Made by a program: the position numbers and the translations under genes. A stretch of 64,000 nucleotides of DNA, taken from contig JBBDYC010000006.1 of assembly GCA_040901985.1 (NCBI GenBank), positions 58,379-122,378 on the forward strand, written 5' to 3'. The notes under the pieces are model-generated. The model saw only the letters and a program-made list of their open reading frames with translations. It searched no databases and had not been told where the DNA came from. Every line of letters starts with the position of its first letter. Within the stretch, counting starts at the first letter, position 1. Positions 13,507-23,800 of this stretch are shown in pieces. The DNA comes from Gemmatimonadaceae bacterium (GTDB lineage: Bacteria > Gemmatimonadota > Gemmatimonadetes > Gemmatimonadales > Gemmatimonadaceae).

Positions 13507-13559
13507 CGGAGTCTCAGCTCAGCGAAAAGGGGAAACGGAGGTCGGGATCGCGGTGTCGT

Positions 13560-14033
13560 TCAGGTCGTTGCGGCGACCGGACTGCAGGCGCACGGACCGG
13601 TGTTCAGGTCCGCCCCGCACGTCGCGCAGAGTCCCTTGCAGTCGGGACGGCACAACGGCAGGCCGGAGGCATCGAGCAGCCAGTGCTCACGGATCGCCGG
13701 CCGAAGGTCGAGCAACGTCCCGAGGTCGCCCAAGGGATAGACGTCCGGCTCATCGGCGGTCTCATCGTCCGTGTCAACGAAAATCAGGTGTACCTCTCCG
13801 GCCACCGTGAACTCCACCGGCACCAGGCAACGGCGGCACTCCCCCGCGGCGGTCCCGTCGAACGCGCCACTGAAGTAGAACCGATCGCTGCCAGCCCCGC
13901 TCAAGCGACCGGTGACTCGGATGCCGGAGACGGGCCGAACGTCGCCCTCAAGCCAGATCGCATCGGTTGGCGGGAGGTCGGACGCGACCTGCACGGCGCC
14001 GTGCGCGAGGGTCTGAATTGGGAACGACAGCAT
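13560..14033 (-). CDS. YceD/DUF177 family protein
   Basis: CRRCL and PLCRPDCKGLCATCGADLN..C.C motifs; conserved position upstream of rpmF. Confidence 0.92.
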   Translation of the reverse strand: MLSFPIQTLAHGAVQVASDLPPTDAIWLEGDVRPVSGIRVTGRLSGAGSDRFYFSGAFDGTAAGECRRCLVPVEFTVAGEVHLIFVDTDDETADEPDVYPLGDLGTLLDLRPAIREHWLLDASGLPLCRPDCKGLCATCGADLNTGPCACSPVAATT

Positions 14034-14041
14034 AGCTTCGA

Positions 14042-14070
14042 AAGCTACTGACCCCAAATGGGTGGGTCAA
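14042..14070 (-). promoter_or_regulatory. sigma70-type promoter for the yceD-rpmF-plsX-fab unit
   Basis: Minus strand TTGACC (14070-14065), 17-nt spacer, TAGCTT (14047-14042); the -10 ends 8 nt before the yceD ATG. Confidence 0.65.
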
Positions 14071-14096
14071 GGTGCAAGCTATGGAGTGGCAGGGAC

Positions 14097-14528
14097 TTAG
14101 CGCAGTCCCTGGAGCACGTCCGCTTCGGCGAAGAAGAACCGGCTCTCGCGGACGGCGTTCTCGTCCGAGTCGGAGGCGTGGATCGCGTTCTTGCCCTTCG
14201 ACTCGGCAAAGAGCTTGCGCACCGTGCCGGGGGCTGCCTCGGCGGGGTCGGTGGCGCCGATTGCCTCGCGCAGTGCGGCCACGGCACCCGCCTTCTCCAC
14301 GATGAACGGCAGGCACGGGCCGGAGCTCATGAAGGCGACCAGCTCGTCGTAGAACGGACGGCCACGGTGCACCGCGTAGAACTCCTCGGCTTGCCGTCGC
14401 GACAGTTGCATCACGCGCGCCGCCCGGAGGACAAATCCCCCGCCCTCCAGATGGGCAAGGATCTTCCCGGCCTTGCCGGCATTGAAGGCGTCGGGCTTGA
14501 TGATGCCGAGCGTAAAGTTGGCCGCCAT
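14097..14528 (-). CDS. ndk: Nucleoside diphosphate kinase
   Basis: IIKPDA, FYAVHRGRPF, IGATDP, PGTVR, NAIHASDS. Confidence 0.97.
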   Translation of the reverse strand: MAANFTLGIIKPDAFNAGKAGKILAHLEGGGFVLRAARVMQLSRRQAEEFYAVHRGRPFYDELVAFMSSGPCLPFIVEKAGAVAALREAIGATDPAEAAPGTVRKLFAESKGKNAIHASDSDENAVRESRFFFAEADVLQGLR

Positions 14529-15401
14529 CTACTTGAGCCTCGCAGTGATCAGTTCCACGAAATCTATCGGTCGCCGGGCGATTCCCATTCCCGCGGCGGC
14601 GAAGGCCTCGAGCTTCTCGGCGGCGGTGCCGGACGAGCCGGAGATGATGGCGCCGGCGTGCCCCATCCGCCGGCCTGGCGGTGCGGTCTGGCCGGCGATG
14701 AATCCGACCACCGGCTTCTTCATGTGCTGCTTCACGAACGCCGCCGCTTCCTGTTCATCGGTGCCGCCGATCTCGCCCATCATCGCGACGGCCTTGGTGC
14801 CCGGGTCCCGCTCGAACGCCTCGAGGCAATCAATGAAGCTCGTCCCGTTGATCGGGTCGCCGCCGATGCCGACGCAGGTGGTCTGCCCGATCCCGGCGCG
14901 CGTGAGTTGGTAAACGATCTCGTAGGTGAGGGTGCCGGAGCGCGAGACCACGCCCACCGGGCCCGGCGTGCAGATCCGGCCCGGGATGATGCCGACCTTC
15001 GACACGCCGGGCGTGATGAGTCCCGGGCAGTTCGGGCCAAGCAGCCGTACGCCGCGTTCCTTCACGAAGGGGTGGACCTTCGTCATATCGAGCACGGGAA
15101 CGCCTTCGGTGATGCAGACGACGAGCTGGACGCCGGCGGCGGCCGCCTCCATGATTGCGTCGGCGGCGAACGGCGGCGGCACGTAGATCACGCTCGTGTT
15201 GGCGCCGGTCGCCTTCACGGCGTCGTGGACCGTGTTGAAGATCGGCACCGTGCCCTCGAACTGCTGGCCACCCTTCCCTGGCGTGACTCCGGCGACCACT
15301 TGGGTGCCGTACTCCATCATCTGCTTGGTATGGAACGAGCCGTCGCGCCCGGTGATGCCCTGCACGACCAGCTTCGTGTTCCGATCAATAAAGATGCTCA
15401 C
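14529..15401 (-). CDS. sucD: Succinyl-CoA synthetase alpha subunit
   Basis: [30 protein letters not shown] (phospho-His). Confidence 0.98.
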   Translation of the reverse strand: MSIFIDRNTKLVVQGITGRDGSFHTKQMMEYGTQVVAGVTPGKGGQQFEGTVPIFNTVHDAVKATGANTSVIYVPPPFAADAIMEAAAAGVQLVVCITEGVPVLDMTKVHPFVKERGVRLLGPNCPGLITPGVSKVGIIPGRICTPGPVGVVSRSGTLTYEIVYQLTRAGIGQTTCVGIGGDPINGTSFIDCLEAFERDPGTKAVAMMGEIGGTDEQEAAAFVKQHMKKPVVGFIAGQTAPPGRRMGHAGAIISGSSGTAAEKLEAFAAAGMGIARRPIDFVELITARLK

Positions 15402-16549
15402 GCGGCCTTCCCCGACGAACCCTTCGCGAGAGCGACGGCCTGCTGGACCGCCTCGTCCATGTCGCTCGACGCCGAGAAGCCGTTGTCCGTCAGGATCTTC
15501 ATCGCGAGCTCTTCGTTGGTGCCGGTCAGCCGAATCACGATCGGGACCTTGAGCGGGTTGGCCTTGGTCGCGGTGACGATGCCGTTGGCGACGTCGTCGG
15601 TGCGGGTGATCCCGCCGAAGATGTTGAAGAGGATGGCCTTCACGTTCTTGTCCGTCGTGATGATCCGGAGCGCATTGACCACCTTCTCCGGGTTCGACGA
15701 GCCGCCGATGTCGAGGAAGTTCGCCGGCTCTCCGCCGTAGTACTTCACGAGGTCCATCGTGGCCATCGCGAGGCCGGCACCGTTCACCACGCAGCCGACG
15801 TTGCCGTCGAGCTTGATGAAGGTGAGGTTGGCGTTGCGGGCGTCCACCTCCGATGGCTCCTCGCTCGATTCGTCGCGGAGCGCGGTGATTTCCGGGCGTC
15901 GGTCGAGCTCGTTGTCGTCAATGACCATCTTGCCGTCCACGGCGATCAGCTCGCCCTGCGGCGTGACGACGAGGGGATTGATCTCGGCCAGCGAGCATCC
16001 ACTCGCCATGAAGGCGGCGAAGAGCTGCTGCATGATTCTCGCGGCGGCGCGGGCAAGCTTGACGTCGTCGTGGAGGAAGAAGCCCATCCGCATCGCGTCG
16101 TAGTTGGGGAGCCCGTAGCGGACGTCCACCGGGACGTAGAGGATCTTCTCCGGCGTCGTCGCGGCGACCTCCTCGATGTCAATGCCGCCGGCGGCTGAGA
16201 CCATGAAGACCGGCTTCTTGGTGGCGCGGTCAACGATGATGCCGACGTACGCTTCACTGCCAATCTCGGCGGCGACGGTCACGAGGACCTTCTCGACCGT
16301 GAGCCCCTTGATCTGCATCCCGAGGATGGCGGCGGCCTTCTCCCGGGCGTCGGCGGGCGTCTTGCAGAACTTGACGCCGCCCGCCTTTCCCCGACCGCCG
16401 GCGTGGACCTGCGCCTTGACCATCACGGCCGTGCCGTATTGCTTCGCGAGGGCCTCCGCCTGGGCCGGCGTCGTCGCAATCTCCCCCGGGGGGATTGGCA
16501 CGCCGTGGCCGCGCAGGATCTCCTTCGCCTGATACTCGTGGATGTTCAC
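15398..16549 (-). CDS. sucC: Succinyl-CoA synthetase beta subunit
   Basis: [46 protein letters not shown]. Confidence 0.98.
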   Translation of the reverse strand: MNIHEYQAKEILRGHGVPIPPGEIATTPAQAEALAKQYGTAVMVKAQVHAGGRGKAGGVKFCKTPADAREKAAAILGMQIKGLTVEKVLVTVAAEIGSEAYVGIIVDRATKKPVFMVSAAGGIDIEEVAATTPEKILYVPVDVRYGLPNYDAMRMGFFLHDDVKLARAAARIMQQLFAAFMASGCSLAEINPLVVTPQGELIAVDGKMVIDDNELDRRPEITALRDESSEEPSEVDARNANLTFIKLDGNVGCVVNGAGLAMATMDLVKYYGGEPANFLDIGGSSNPEKVVNALRIITTDKNVKAILFNIFGGITRTDDVANGIVTATKANPLKVPIVIRLTGTNEELAMKILTDNGFSASSDMDEAVQQAVALAKGSSGKAA

Positions 16550-16643
16550 ACCGGCTCCGTTCGGGGTGGGAATCGGACAACCACGAATAATGTCGGCGTG
16601 GGGGCGGAATCGGTAGCCGCGCCGCGCGATCGAGCGCCCACGG

Positions 16644-18344
16644 TCAGGGGCGAACGACGATGGTCGGGAGGAAGTTCGGCGACCGGCGTGCCCGGAGGGT
16701 CTGTTCGAAGCCGAAGGCGAGACGGAGCAGTTTACCCTCGCTCCACGCCGTGCCCATGAAGAGGATTCCGACGGGAAGCCCCGCGACGTCGCCCGCCGGC
16801 ACGGTGATGGACGGGTAGCCGGCTGCCGCCGGCGTCACAAAACTGCCGAGCATCGTGTTGTCGCCGAGGAGGACGTCGGTGAGCCAAGCCGGCGACTGGG
16901 TGGGCGCAACGATTGCGTCGAGCCGGTGCTTCTGGAGCGTCGCGTCGATTCCCTGCGTCCTCGACAATTGGCGCACGATCTGCAGCGCCGAGAGGTACTC
17001 CGGGCTCGTGAGGGGTCCCTTTCCCTGCGCGTACTCGAACGTCTCCTGGCCGAACCAGGCCATTTCACGATCGCTGTTGCGCACGTTGAACGCGATCAGG
17101 TCGGCGAGCGACTTCACCGGGGACCGCGGTCCGAGCGAGGCGAGGTACTCGTTGAGCGAGGCCTTGAGTTCGAACGAGAGCACTTCCGCGTCGAAGGTCC
17201 AGATGCCGTCGGCGGTCTCGATGTCGGCGGGATCCACGATCACCGCACCGGCTTGCTTCATTGTGTCCAACGCGCGCTCGACGACCCGATCAGAGACGAG
17301 GCTGCTGCCGAAGAGGTTGCGCGCCACTCCGATGCGCGCGCCCCTGAGGCCGTTGGGGTCCAGAAACGTGGTGTAATCGGCCTCCGCGTGGCGGGCGGCG
17401 TCGGCCGTCAGGCGGTCACGCGGGTCGGCGCCGGCGACCGCGCTCAGGAGCAACGCCGCGTCGCGAACGGTGCGCGTCATCGGTCCGGCGGTGTCCTGCG
17501 TGTACGAGACGGGAATGATGCCGGCGCGGCTGATCAGGCCGACGGTCGGCTTGAGGCCGACCACGCCGCAGAGTGCGGCGGGGCTCACGATCGAACCCAT
17601 CGTCTCGGTGCCGAAGGCGGCGGTGGCGAGATTGGCGCTGACGGCCGCGGCGGTGCCGGAGCTGGACCCTCCGGCCGAGCGGTCGAGCGCGTACGGATTG
17701 CGCGTCAGGCGTCCGCGGCCGCTCCACCCGCCGATCGAGGCGCGCCCGCGCGCATTCGCCCACTCGCTCATATTGGCCTTGCCGAGGATCACCGCCCCGC
17801 CCGCGCGCAGCCGCTCGACCAGAAAGGCGTCGCGCGGCGCAATGCTCTCCGCAAGCGCAAGCGATCCGGCGCTCGTGTGCAGTCGGTCGGCCGTCCCGAT
17901 GTTGTCCTTGAGCAGGATCGGCACGCCGTGCAGGGGGCCCCGCGGTCCCTTCTCCCGACGCTCCGCGTCCAGCGCGTCGGCGATTGCCAGCGCGTCGGGG
18001 TTCACCTCGAGCACCGAGTTCAGGGTGGCGCCGCTCCGGTCCGTCCGCTCGATCGCCGCAAGGTACCACTCGACCACCATACGCGAGGTCCACCGGCCGG
18101 TGCGCATCCCCTCGCCAAGTTCGCCGATCGTGATCTCGTGGAATTCCGTCAGCGCCGGATCGCCGGGGTCGAGGATCGGCGGCGTGGGCCCGTGGGCGGC
18201 GACCGCCGTGGCAGCGGCGGTCGGTGGGGCGTCGGCGTGGAGGAGCGAGGGAATGGACGCCAGCGCGAGCGCGGCGCCACCCTGGCGGATGAACGTGCGG
18301 CGGTCCGATGCGGCGGGACGCGCGGCAGTATGGTCGTCGGTCAC
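16644..18344 (-). CDS. Amidase-signature family enzyme (peptide-amidase-like) with Tat signal
   Basis: DRRTFIRQG twin-arginine leader; PLHGVPILLKDN, GKANMSEWA, GGSSSG, GTETMGSI (Lys-Ser-Ser triad motifs). Confidence 0.88.
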   Translation of the reverse strand: MTDDHTAARPAASDRRTFIRQGGAALALASIPSLLHADAPPTAAATAVAAHGPTPPILDPGDPALTEFHEITIGELGEGMRTGRWTSRMVVEWYLAAIERTDRSGATLNSVLEVNPDALAIADALDAERREKGPRGPLHGVPILLKDNIGTADRLHTSAGSLALAESIAPRDAFLVERLRAGGAVILGKANMSEWANARGRASIGGWSGRGRLTRNPYALDRSAGGSSSGTAAAVSANLATAAFGTETMGSIVSPAALCGVVGLKPTVGLISRAGIIPVSYTQDTAGPMTRTVRDAALLLSAVAGADPRDRLTADAARHAEADYTTFLDPNGLRGARIGVARNLFGSSLVSDRVVERALDTMKQAGAVIVDPADIETADGIWTFDAEVLSFELKASLNEYLASLGPRSPVKSLADLIAFNVRNSDREMAWFGQETFEYAQGKGPLTSPEYLSALQIVRQLSRTQGIDATLQKHRLDAIVAPTQSPAWLTDVLLGDNTMLGSFVTPAAAGYPSITVPAGDVAGLPVGILFMGTAWSEGKLLRLAFGFEQTLRARRSPNFLPTIVVRP

Positions 18345-18419
18345 AGGGGAGGGTGATTTGGGAACGAAGCTCCACCCTGTACTACTCCGACTGCCCCGCT
18401 TTCGTTATCGGAACGCCCG

Positions 18420-20891
18420 TCAGGGCGACCGGCGGTTGAGCAGACGACCTAGGGCGTCCCACGCCCGCCCGTAGGCGGTCCAGTCGCCGGCGCGGAGCGC
18501 GGCCTGCATCGCGTCGTAAAGCGCGTTGACGCGCGCGCGGAAGATGTGGTCCGGCAGCACGGTCGCACGCGGTGCCCGATGGCCGAGCGCTTCGCCGAGG
18601 GTGCGGCCGGCGCGCGCGCGCCCGTCGAGCAGGATCACGACCCCCAAATGGCGCGGCGCGGCGTCGGCCGGCCATTCGTAAAAGCTCTGGACAAAGGCGG
18701 GGCCCGCGTCGGTCGGGACCGCCTGCACCCTACCCCGGCGGAGGTTCGACACGCCCCGTGTGATCCCTGCGGCGTCGGCGGCGTGGCGGATCTCCCCGAG
18801 CACGCCCGTCCAGAGCGCGGGAGGGGCGTCGTGGTATTCCGTCCGGCGTTCGCTTCCGCCGCGAGCGACCAACACCCCGATCATCCGGCCATCCTGCGGA
18901 ATGTCCATCGGGACACCCCAGCCGAGTCCGCCGAGCGTATCCACCCGGAAGAGCGCCGGACCGGCGGCGGTGACGTCGGGGTCGGCGTCGTCGGCACGGG
19001 TCACGCTGCGGCGTCCCAGTGTGTCGCGGGCAAACCCGACGCGCGAGAGCGCTGCGGCCTGCACGAGCGTGACGTCGAGCGCCGGCGGCCGCGTGGCGCG
19101 GTACCACGCCGGCGCGTCCTCAAGCGGGCGGATGAGCGTCGGGAAACGCCGCATCCAAGTGCGCGTGATGGCGTCGGGGCGTTCGGTGGCGACAAGCAGC
19201 ACCGCCCCGCTCTGCGCCTGGACGATTGCCGTCGCGGCGTGGCGCGCATAGTGCAGTCGGTCGCCGAGTACGTCGAGGCGCTCGCTCAGCGGGTAATGCG
19301 ACGACGTGACGAAGAGCTCGACCAGCCAATGGAGCGAGTCGCCCCGGACCAGCGGCGTGACGGTGGGACCCGGCGTGAAGAACGGCGCCACCCTGCGGAG
19401 CCTGGCGTGCACGTCGCGGTGCGTGAAGAGCCGCGGGTCCGGCGACGGCAGCTCGCGCAGGAAGAGGCCGGGATCCTGGAGCGCCCACGACTGGGCCAGT
19501 CGCTCGAACGGGGAGGCGAATCGTGGCGCCACGGTGCGTCCCGAACTGTCGGCGACGACCGCGTAGGAACGCAGTCCGGGAGCGACGTGCACACCACCGA
19601 TGGCCTGTGGCACGGCGCCGACTACCGGGACCGGCGCCGCCTGGACGTCCATCTGCGAGGCAGTCAGCCGCTCGGCCTCCCAAGGCTCAGCCGGGCGTCC
19701 ACGCTCGGGCGGCGCGCGGATCGTAATCGCCTCGAGCTCGACCTCCCCTCCCTGCCACGCCACCGACACCTCGGCAGCGGTCGTGCGGGCGAGCGAGACC
19801 GAGCGTGCCAACGCCGCCGGATCCCAGATTGACACGTGCCGATCGAGCGCCGCGGCGGTGAGCCGCGCCCGCGCGACTGCGTCGGTGGTGGCTACCTCTT
19901 CCACGGCAAATGCGCGGCGCGTGAAGAGCGCGCTCGTGTTCAGGTATGGGCGTTCGCGCCCCCGCGCCTCCGGCGTCGCCGGGGGATCGCGCAGGGCGAG
20001 CGGCAGGAGCGCGCCGGCAACCGGGCCCAGGAGCAGAAGTGCGGTGACGAGCGCGAAGGCCGGCCGATGCAGGCCATTCCACCCTGCCCACGCCAGCACC
20101 GCGGCAATCGGGATCGTGGCAAACGAGACGACGGCGAGGTACGGGAGCGCGACGTGATGGTCGAACGCCGAGAAGGCCGCGTCCCACCCGCGGTCGCCCC
20201 AGATCCCGCTCCCGTCCACCAAGCGCTCATAGCGGTCGAGCCGCCAGTCCCAGCCGACCAGCAGCACGATCACTCCCGCCAGCAGCACGAGATGGCGGCG
20301 GACCCAGGTCGACACATACAGGCCCTCCGCTCCCCACTTCACGCTGGGCGTGCTGGCGTAGAGCAGGATCACCACGAGGGTGACGACCGTGACCGCAAGG
20401 GTCGTTCGGTGCAGCAGTCCCAGTTCCCACGGGAGCCAGGTAGCGAAGAAGCCGAGGTCGCGCTCGAGATACGGCTCGAACTCGCGGAACGCGACCCCTT
20501 CCCAGGCCATCGCGGCGGTGGGCCAATCGTGCGGAAGCATCGCGAAGACCAGGCCGAAGCCCAAGGCGCCGATGGCGGCGAGCAGGGTCAGGCGTCGGGA
20601 GGGGACCGCCTCGCCGAACTCGATATTGCTGAGCTGTCGCGGCAGGACGAGCGAGACGATGGACCGCCGCACCGCGTAGAGGTTTGCGAAGGCGAAGCCG
20701 GTGGCGGCGACGAAGGCGCCGGAGGCCAGCGCCGTGGTGTGCAGGATCCGGCTCCGCCAGATCTCGCCGAGCCCAAGCGCACGGAAAAAGGCCCACTCGG
20801 CGTAGTGGCCGGCCACCCAACGGCCGACCAGGAGGGTCAGCGCGCCTCCGGCAACGAACCAGAGCACGCCGCGCCGCCGGCGACCGGTCAT
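18420..20891 (-). CDS. UPF0182 family membrane protein (divergent)
   Basis: N-terminal multi-TM region (EWAFFRALG, EPYLERDLGFF..WLP), ERPYL...TRRAF, RDVHARLRRVAPF, C-terminal AMQAALRAGDWTAYG. Confidence 0.75.
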   Translation of the reverse strand: MTGRRRRGVLWFVAGGALTLLVGRWVAGHYAEWAFFRALGLGEIWRSRILHTTALASGAFVAATGFAFANLYAVRRSIVSLVLPRQLSNIEFGEAVPSRRLTLLAAIGALGFGLVFAMLPHDWPTAAMAWEGVAFREFEPYLERDLGFFATWLPWELGLLHRTTLAVTVVTLVVILLYASTPSVKWGAEGLYVSTWVRRHLVLLAGVIVLLVGWDWRLDRYERLVDGSGIWGDRGWDAAFSAFDHHVALPYLAVVSFATIPIAAVLAWAGWNGLHRPAFALVTALLLLGPVAGALLPLALRDPPATPEARGRERPYLNTSALFTRRAFAVEEVATTDAVARARLTAAALDRHVSIWDPAALARSVSLARTTAAEVSVAWQGGEVELEAITIRAPPERGRPAEPWEAERLTASQMDVQAAPVPVVGAVPQAIGGVHVAPGLRSYAVVADSSGRTVAPRFASPFERLAQSWALQDPGLFLRELPSPDPRLFTHRDVHARLRRVAPFFTPGPTVTPLVRGDSLHWLVELFVTSSHYPLSERLDVLGDRLHYARHAATAIVQAQSGAVLLVATERPDAITRTWMRRFPTLIRPLEDAPAWYRATRPPALDVTLVQAAALSRVGFARDTLGRRSVTRADDADPDVTAAGPALFRVDTLGGLGWGVPMDIPQDGRMIGVLVARGGSERRTEYHDAPPALWTGVLGEIRHAADAAGITRGVSNLRRGRVQAVPTDAGPAFVQSFYEWPADAAPRHLGVVILLDGRARAGRTLGEALGHRAPRATVLPDHIFRARVNALYDAMQAALRAGDWTAYGRAWDALGRLLNRRSP

Positions 20892-20892
20892 C

Positions 20893-22272
20893 TCAGTGCG
20901 CCGTGGCGCCGACCGAGACGCCCTGCGTGGCCAGCCATCCCTCGACCTCGGCGCGGAGCTCCGCGAGCCGCGGCGCGCTGTCGGCCTCGAAGCGCAGCAC
21001 GAGGATCGGCTGCGTGTTGGAGCTCCGGATCAGTCCCCAGCCGCCGTCGAAGAGGATCCGCACGCCGTCCACGTCGCTGACCTGGTACCGCGACCGGAAA
21101 TGCGCCAGGGCGTCCCGGACGATCGCTTCCTTGCGATCATCGGGGCAATCCACCCGCATCTCCGGTGTCGAGACGAACCGCGGTACGTCGGCGAGGAGTT
21201 CCTTCACCGTCCGTTCGGCGTCGGCGACGATGCGGAGAAGTCGCGCCGCCGCGTAGAGCGCGTCGTCGTGGCCGTAGAAGCCCTCGGTGAAGAACATATG
21301 GCCCGACATCTCGCCGGCGAGCGGCGCCCCCAGCTCCTTCATCTTCTCCTTGATCAACGAGTGTCCGGTCTTCCACATCACCGGGACCCCACCCGCCTTG
21401 GCAATCGCGTCGGGCAGCGCCTGCGAGCACTTGACGTCGAAGATGATGGATTGCCCCGCGCCGGTGCGCGCCAGCACGTCGCGCGCATAGACGAGGAGGA
21501 GGTAGTCGCCCCAGATGATGGTGCCGTCGCCGTCCACGATGCCGATCCGGTCGGCGTCGCCGTCGAATCCGATGCCGAGCTGGCTCCCCGACGCGCGCAC
21601 CGCGCGGATGAGATCCTGGAGATTCTCCGTTACGGTCGGATCGGGGTGATGGTTCGGGAACGACCCGTCGCTCTCGGCAAACAGCCAGGTCGGCGTGACG
21701 CCGAGCGCCTTGAAGAGCGACGGCGCGGCCACCGCGCCGACGCCGTTGCCGCAGTCAATCACCACCTTGAGGTCGCGCGGGAGCGGGCCGATCCGCTGCA
21801 CGATGTCGGCGACGTAGCGGTCGAGGAGATCCTCGTGGCGCGCGCGGCCGGCGCCGCTGGGGAACCGGCCCTCCTCGATGATCGCCCGCAGCCGCTGGAT
21901 TCCCTCGCCGTGCAACGACCCGTGGCCGATGCAGCACTTGAAGCCGTTGTATTCCGGCGGGTTGTGCGACCCCGTGACCTGGATTCCCGCCACCACCGGG
22001 AGGTGGTGGAGCGTCCAGTAGAGGAGCGGCGTCGGCACGATGCCGATGTCCACGACGTCGAGGCCGCTCGCGGTGAGGCCGCGCACGAGCGCGTCGCGAA
22101 GGGCAACGCCGCTCGCGCGGTTGTCGCGCCCGACCGCGACGGCGCCGGCGACCCCGCGCTCGGCGAGGATGACCGCGTACGCGCGCCCGATCGCCTCGGC
22201 GGCCTCGACCGTCAGGTCGACGCCGACCACGCCGCGGATGTCGTACTGCCGGAAGATGCCCGCGGCAATCAT
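20893..22272 (-). CDS. Phosphomannomutase/phosphoglucomutase
   Basis: IFRQYDIRG, TGSHNP, FDGDADR, GEMSGH, RSSNTQP; start MIAAG at 22272. Confidence 0.95.
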   Translation of the reverse strand: MIAAGIFRQYDIRGVVGVDLTVEAAEAIGRAYAVILAERGVAGAVAVGRDNRASGVALRDALVRGLTASGLDVVDIGIVPTPLLYWTLHHLPVVAGIQVTGSHNPPEYNGFKCCIGHGSLHGEGIQRLRAIIEEGRFPSGAGRARHEDLLDRYVADIVQRIGPLPRDLKVVIDCGNGVGAVAAPSLFKALGVTPTWLFAESDGSFPNHHPDPTVTENLQDLIRAVRASGSQLGIGFDGDADRIGIVDGDGTIIWGDYLLLVYARDVLARTGAGQSIIFDVKCSQALPDAIAKAGGVPVMWKTGHSLIKEKMKELGAPLAGEMSGHMFFTEGFYGHDDALYAAARLLRIVADAERTVKELLADVPRFVSTPEMRVDCPDDRKEAIVRDALAHFRSRYQVSDVDGVRILFDGGWGLIRSSNTQPILVLRFEADSAPRLAELRAEVEGWLATQGVSVGATAH

Positions 22273-22273
22273 G

Positions 22274-23800
22274 CTACGGGCGGACCTGGGCGCGCGCCTC
22301 CGTGACGACCGGTCGGCCGCGGTACTCCTCAATCGCCCCCGCCTGGCTCCAGCGGGCGAGCGTGCCCGGGAAGAGGCCGAGTCCAAGAATGATGACCGTG
22401 GTCACGGCGAGCACCGTGCGGGTCAGCGGTCCGGCCGGCAGCGTGTCCGCCGCGCCCTCGGGCCGCCGCTCCATGAACATCACGCGCACGACCTGGAGGT
22501 AGTAGCCCGCCGAGATCACCGAGGTCAGCACCACAATCACCGCAAGTGCGTTGAGGTTGAACACCGAACTGAGCGCGGCCTGGAGGAGGTACCACTTGGC
22601 AAAGAATCCGACACCGCCGAAGATCGGGAAGCCGAGGAGCGCCAGGAGATACACCGCCATCGCCGTCGCGAGCCAGGGCCGGACGTGCCAGAGGCCGGCG
22701 TAGTCGGCGAGCATTGACGGACGGCCGTCGCGGTCCTCGAGCGTGGAGATCACGGCGAACGCACCGAACGTCGCCAGCGTGTAGGCGACGGCATAGAAGA
22801 TGAACGCCGAGCTGGCGAGCGGCGAATAGGCGAGCACGGCGACGAGCAGGTATCCCGTGTGGGCGATGCTCGAGTAGGCGAGCAGGCGCTTGATGTTCCG
22901 CTGGGCCAGGGCAACGACGTTGCCGACGACCATCGTGACGACGGCGAGCCACCAGAGGATCGGCGCCCAGTCCTGGGTGGAAAGCTGGAAGCTCTCGTAC
23001 CAGATGCGGGCGAACGAGGCAAAGGCGGCCGACTTCACGGCGGCAGCCATGAAGGCGGTAATCGGCGTGGGCGCGCCGTCGTAGACGTCGGGCGCCCACA
23101 TATGGAACGGCACCGCCGCCACCTTGAACCCGAAGCCAATCGTCAGGAGGCCAATGCCGACCAGGAGCATTGGGCTCCCGAACACACTGTAGGCGGCGAT
23201 CCGCGCGCCGATCTGCCCGAGCTGCGTGGAACCGGTCGCGCCGTAGATCAGCGCGATGCCGTAGAGCAGGAATCCGGTCGCGAAGGCGCCGAGCAGGAAG
23301 TACTTGATCGCGGCCTCGGCGGCGCGCGGGCTGCGGCGGTTGAGGCCGGCCAGCACGTACGCCGCCACCGACATGATCTCGATGCCGAGGAAGATGATCA
23401 TCAGGTCGCGGCCGGCGGCGAGGATCATCATCCCCGCGGCGGCGAAGAGCACGAGCACGTGCATCTCCGCCTGATGGATCCCCTCACGGGCGTTGTACTC
23501 GATCGAGAGCGCGATTGTCCCGAGGGCGGCAAGGAGGATCACGAGGTCCACCGCCCAGCGGAAGCCGTCCACCGCGATCACGCCGCCCTCGGCGGTGTCC
23601 CCGCGCCCAATCATATAGACGACCGCGGCGATCGTCAGCACCACGAGGACCATCGCGTTGATTCCGACGCGCCGCTGGTGCCCGGCCGAGTCGGGGCGCC
23701 AGGCCGCCTGCAGCATCAGCACCATCGCCCCGACCATCAAGACGAGGTCGGGGAAGAGTGCGCCGAGCAACTGCGAGGGGACGAGGAGGTCGAAGGTCAT
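22274..23800 (-). CDS. nuoN: NADH-quinone oxidoreductase subunit N
   Basis: EAAIKYFLLG, FKVAAVPFHMWAPDVY, KRLLAYSSIAH. Confidence 0.96.
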   Translation of the reverse strand: MTFDLLVPSQLLGALFPDLVLMVGAMVLMLQAAWRPDSAGHQRRVGINAMVLVVLTIAAVVYMIGRGDTAEGGVIAVDGFRWAVDLVILLAALGTIALSIEYNAREGIHQAEMHVLVLFAAAGMMILAAGRDLMIIFLGIEIMSVAAYVLAGLNRRSPRAAEAAIKYFLLGAFATGFLLYGIALIYGATGSTQLGQIGARIAAYSVFGSPMLLVGIGLLTIGFGFKVAAVPFHMWAPDVYDGAPTPITAFMAAAVKSAAFASFARIWYESFQLSTQDWAPILWWLAVVTMVVGNVVALAQRNIKRLLAYSSIAHTGYLLVAVLAYSPLASSAFIFYAVAYTLATFGAFAVISTLEDRDGRPSMLADYAGLWHVRPWLATAMAVYLLALLGFPIFGGVGFFAKWYLLQAALSSVFNLNALAVIVVLTSVISAGYYLQVVRVMFMERRPEGAADTLPAGPLTRTVLAVTTVIILGLGLFPGTLARWSQAGAIEEYRGRPVVTEARAQVRP

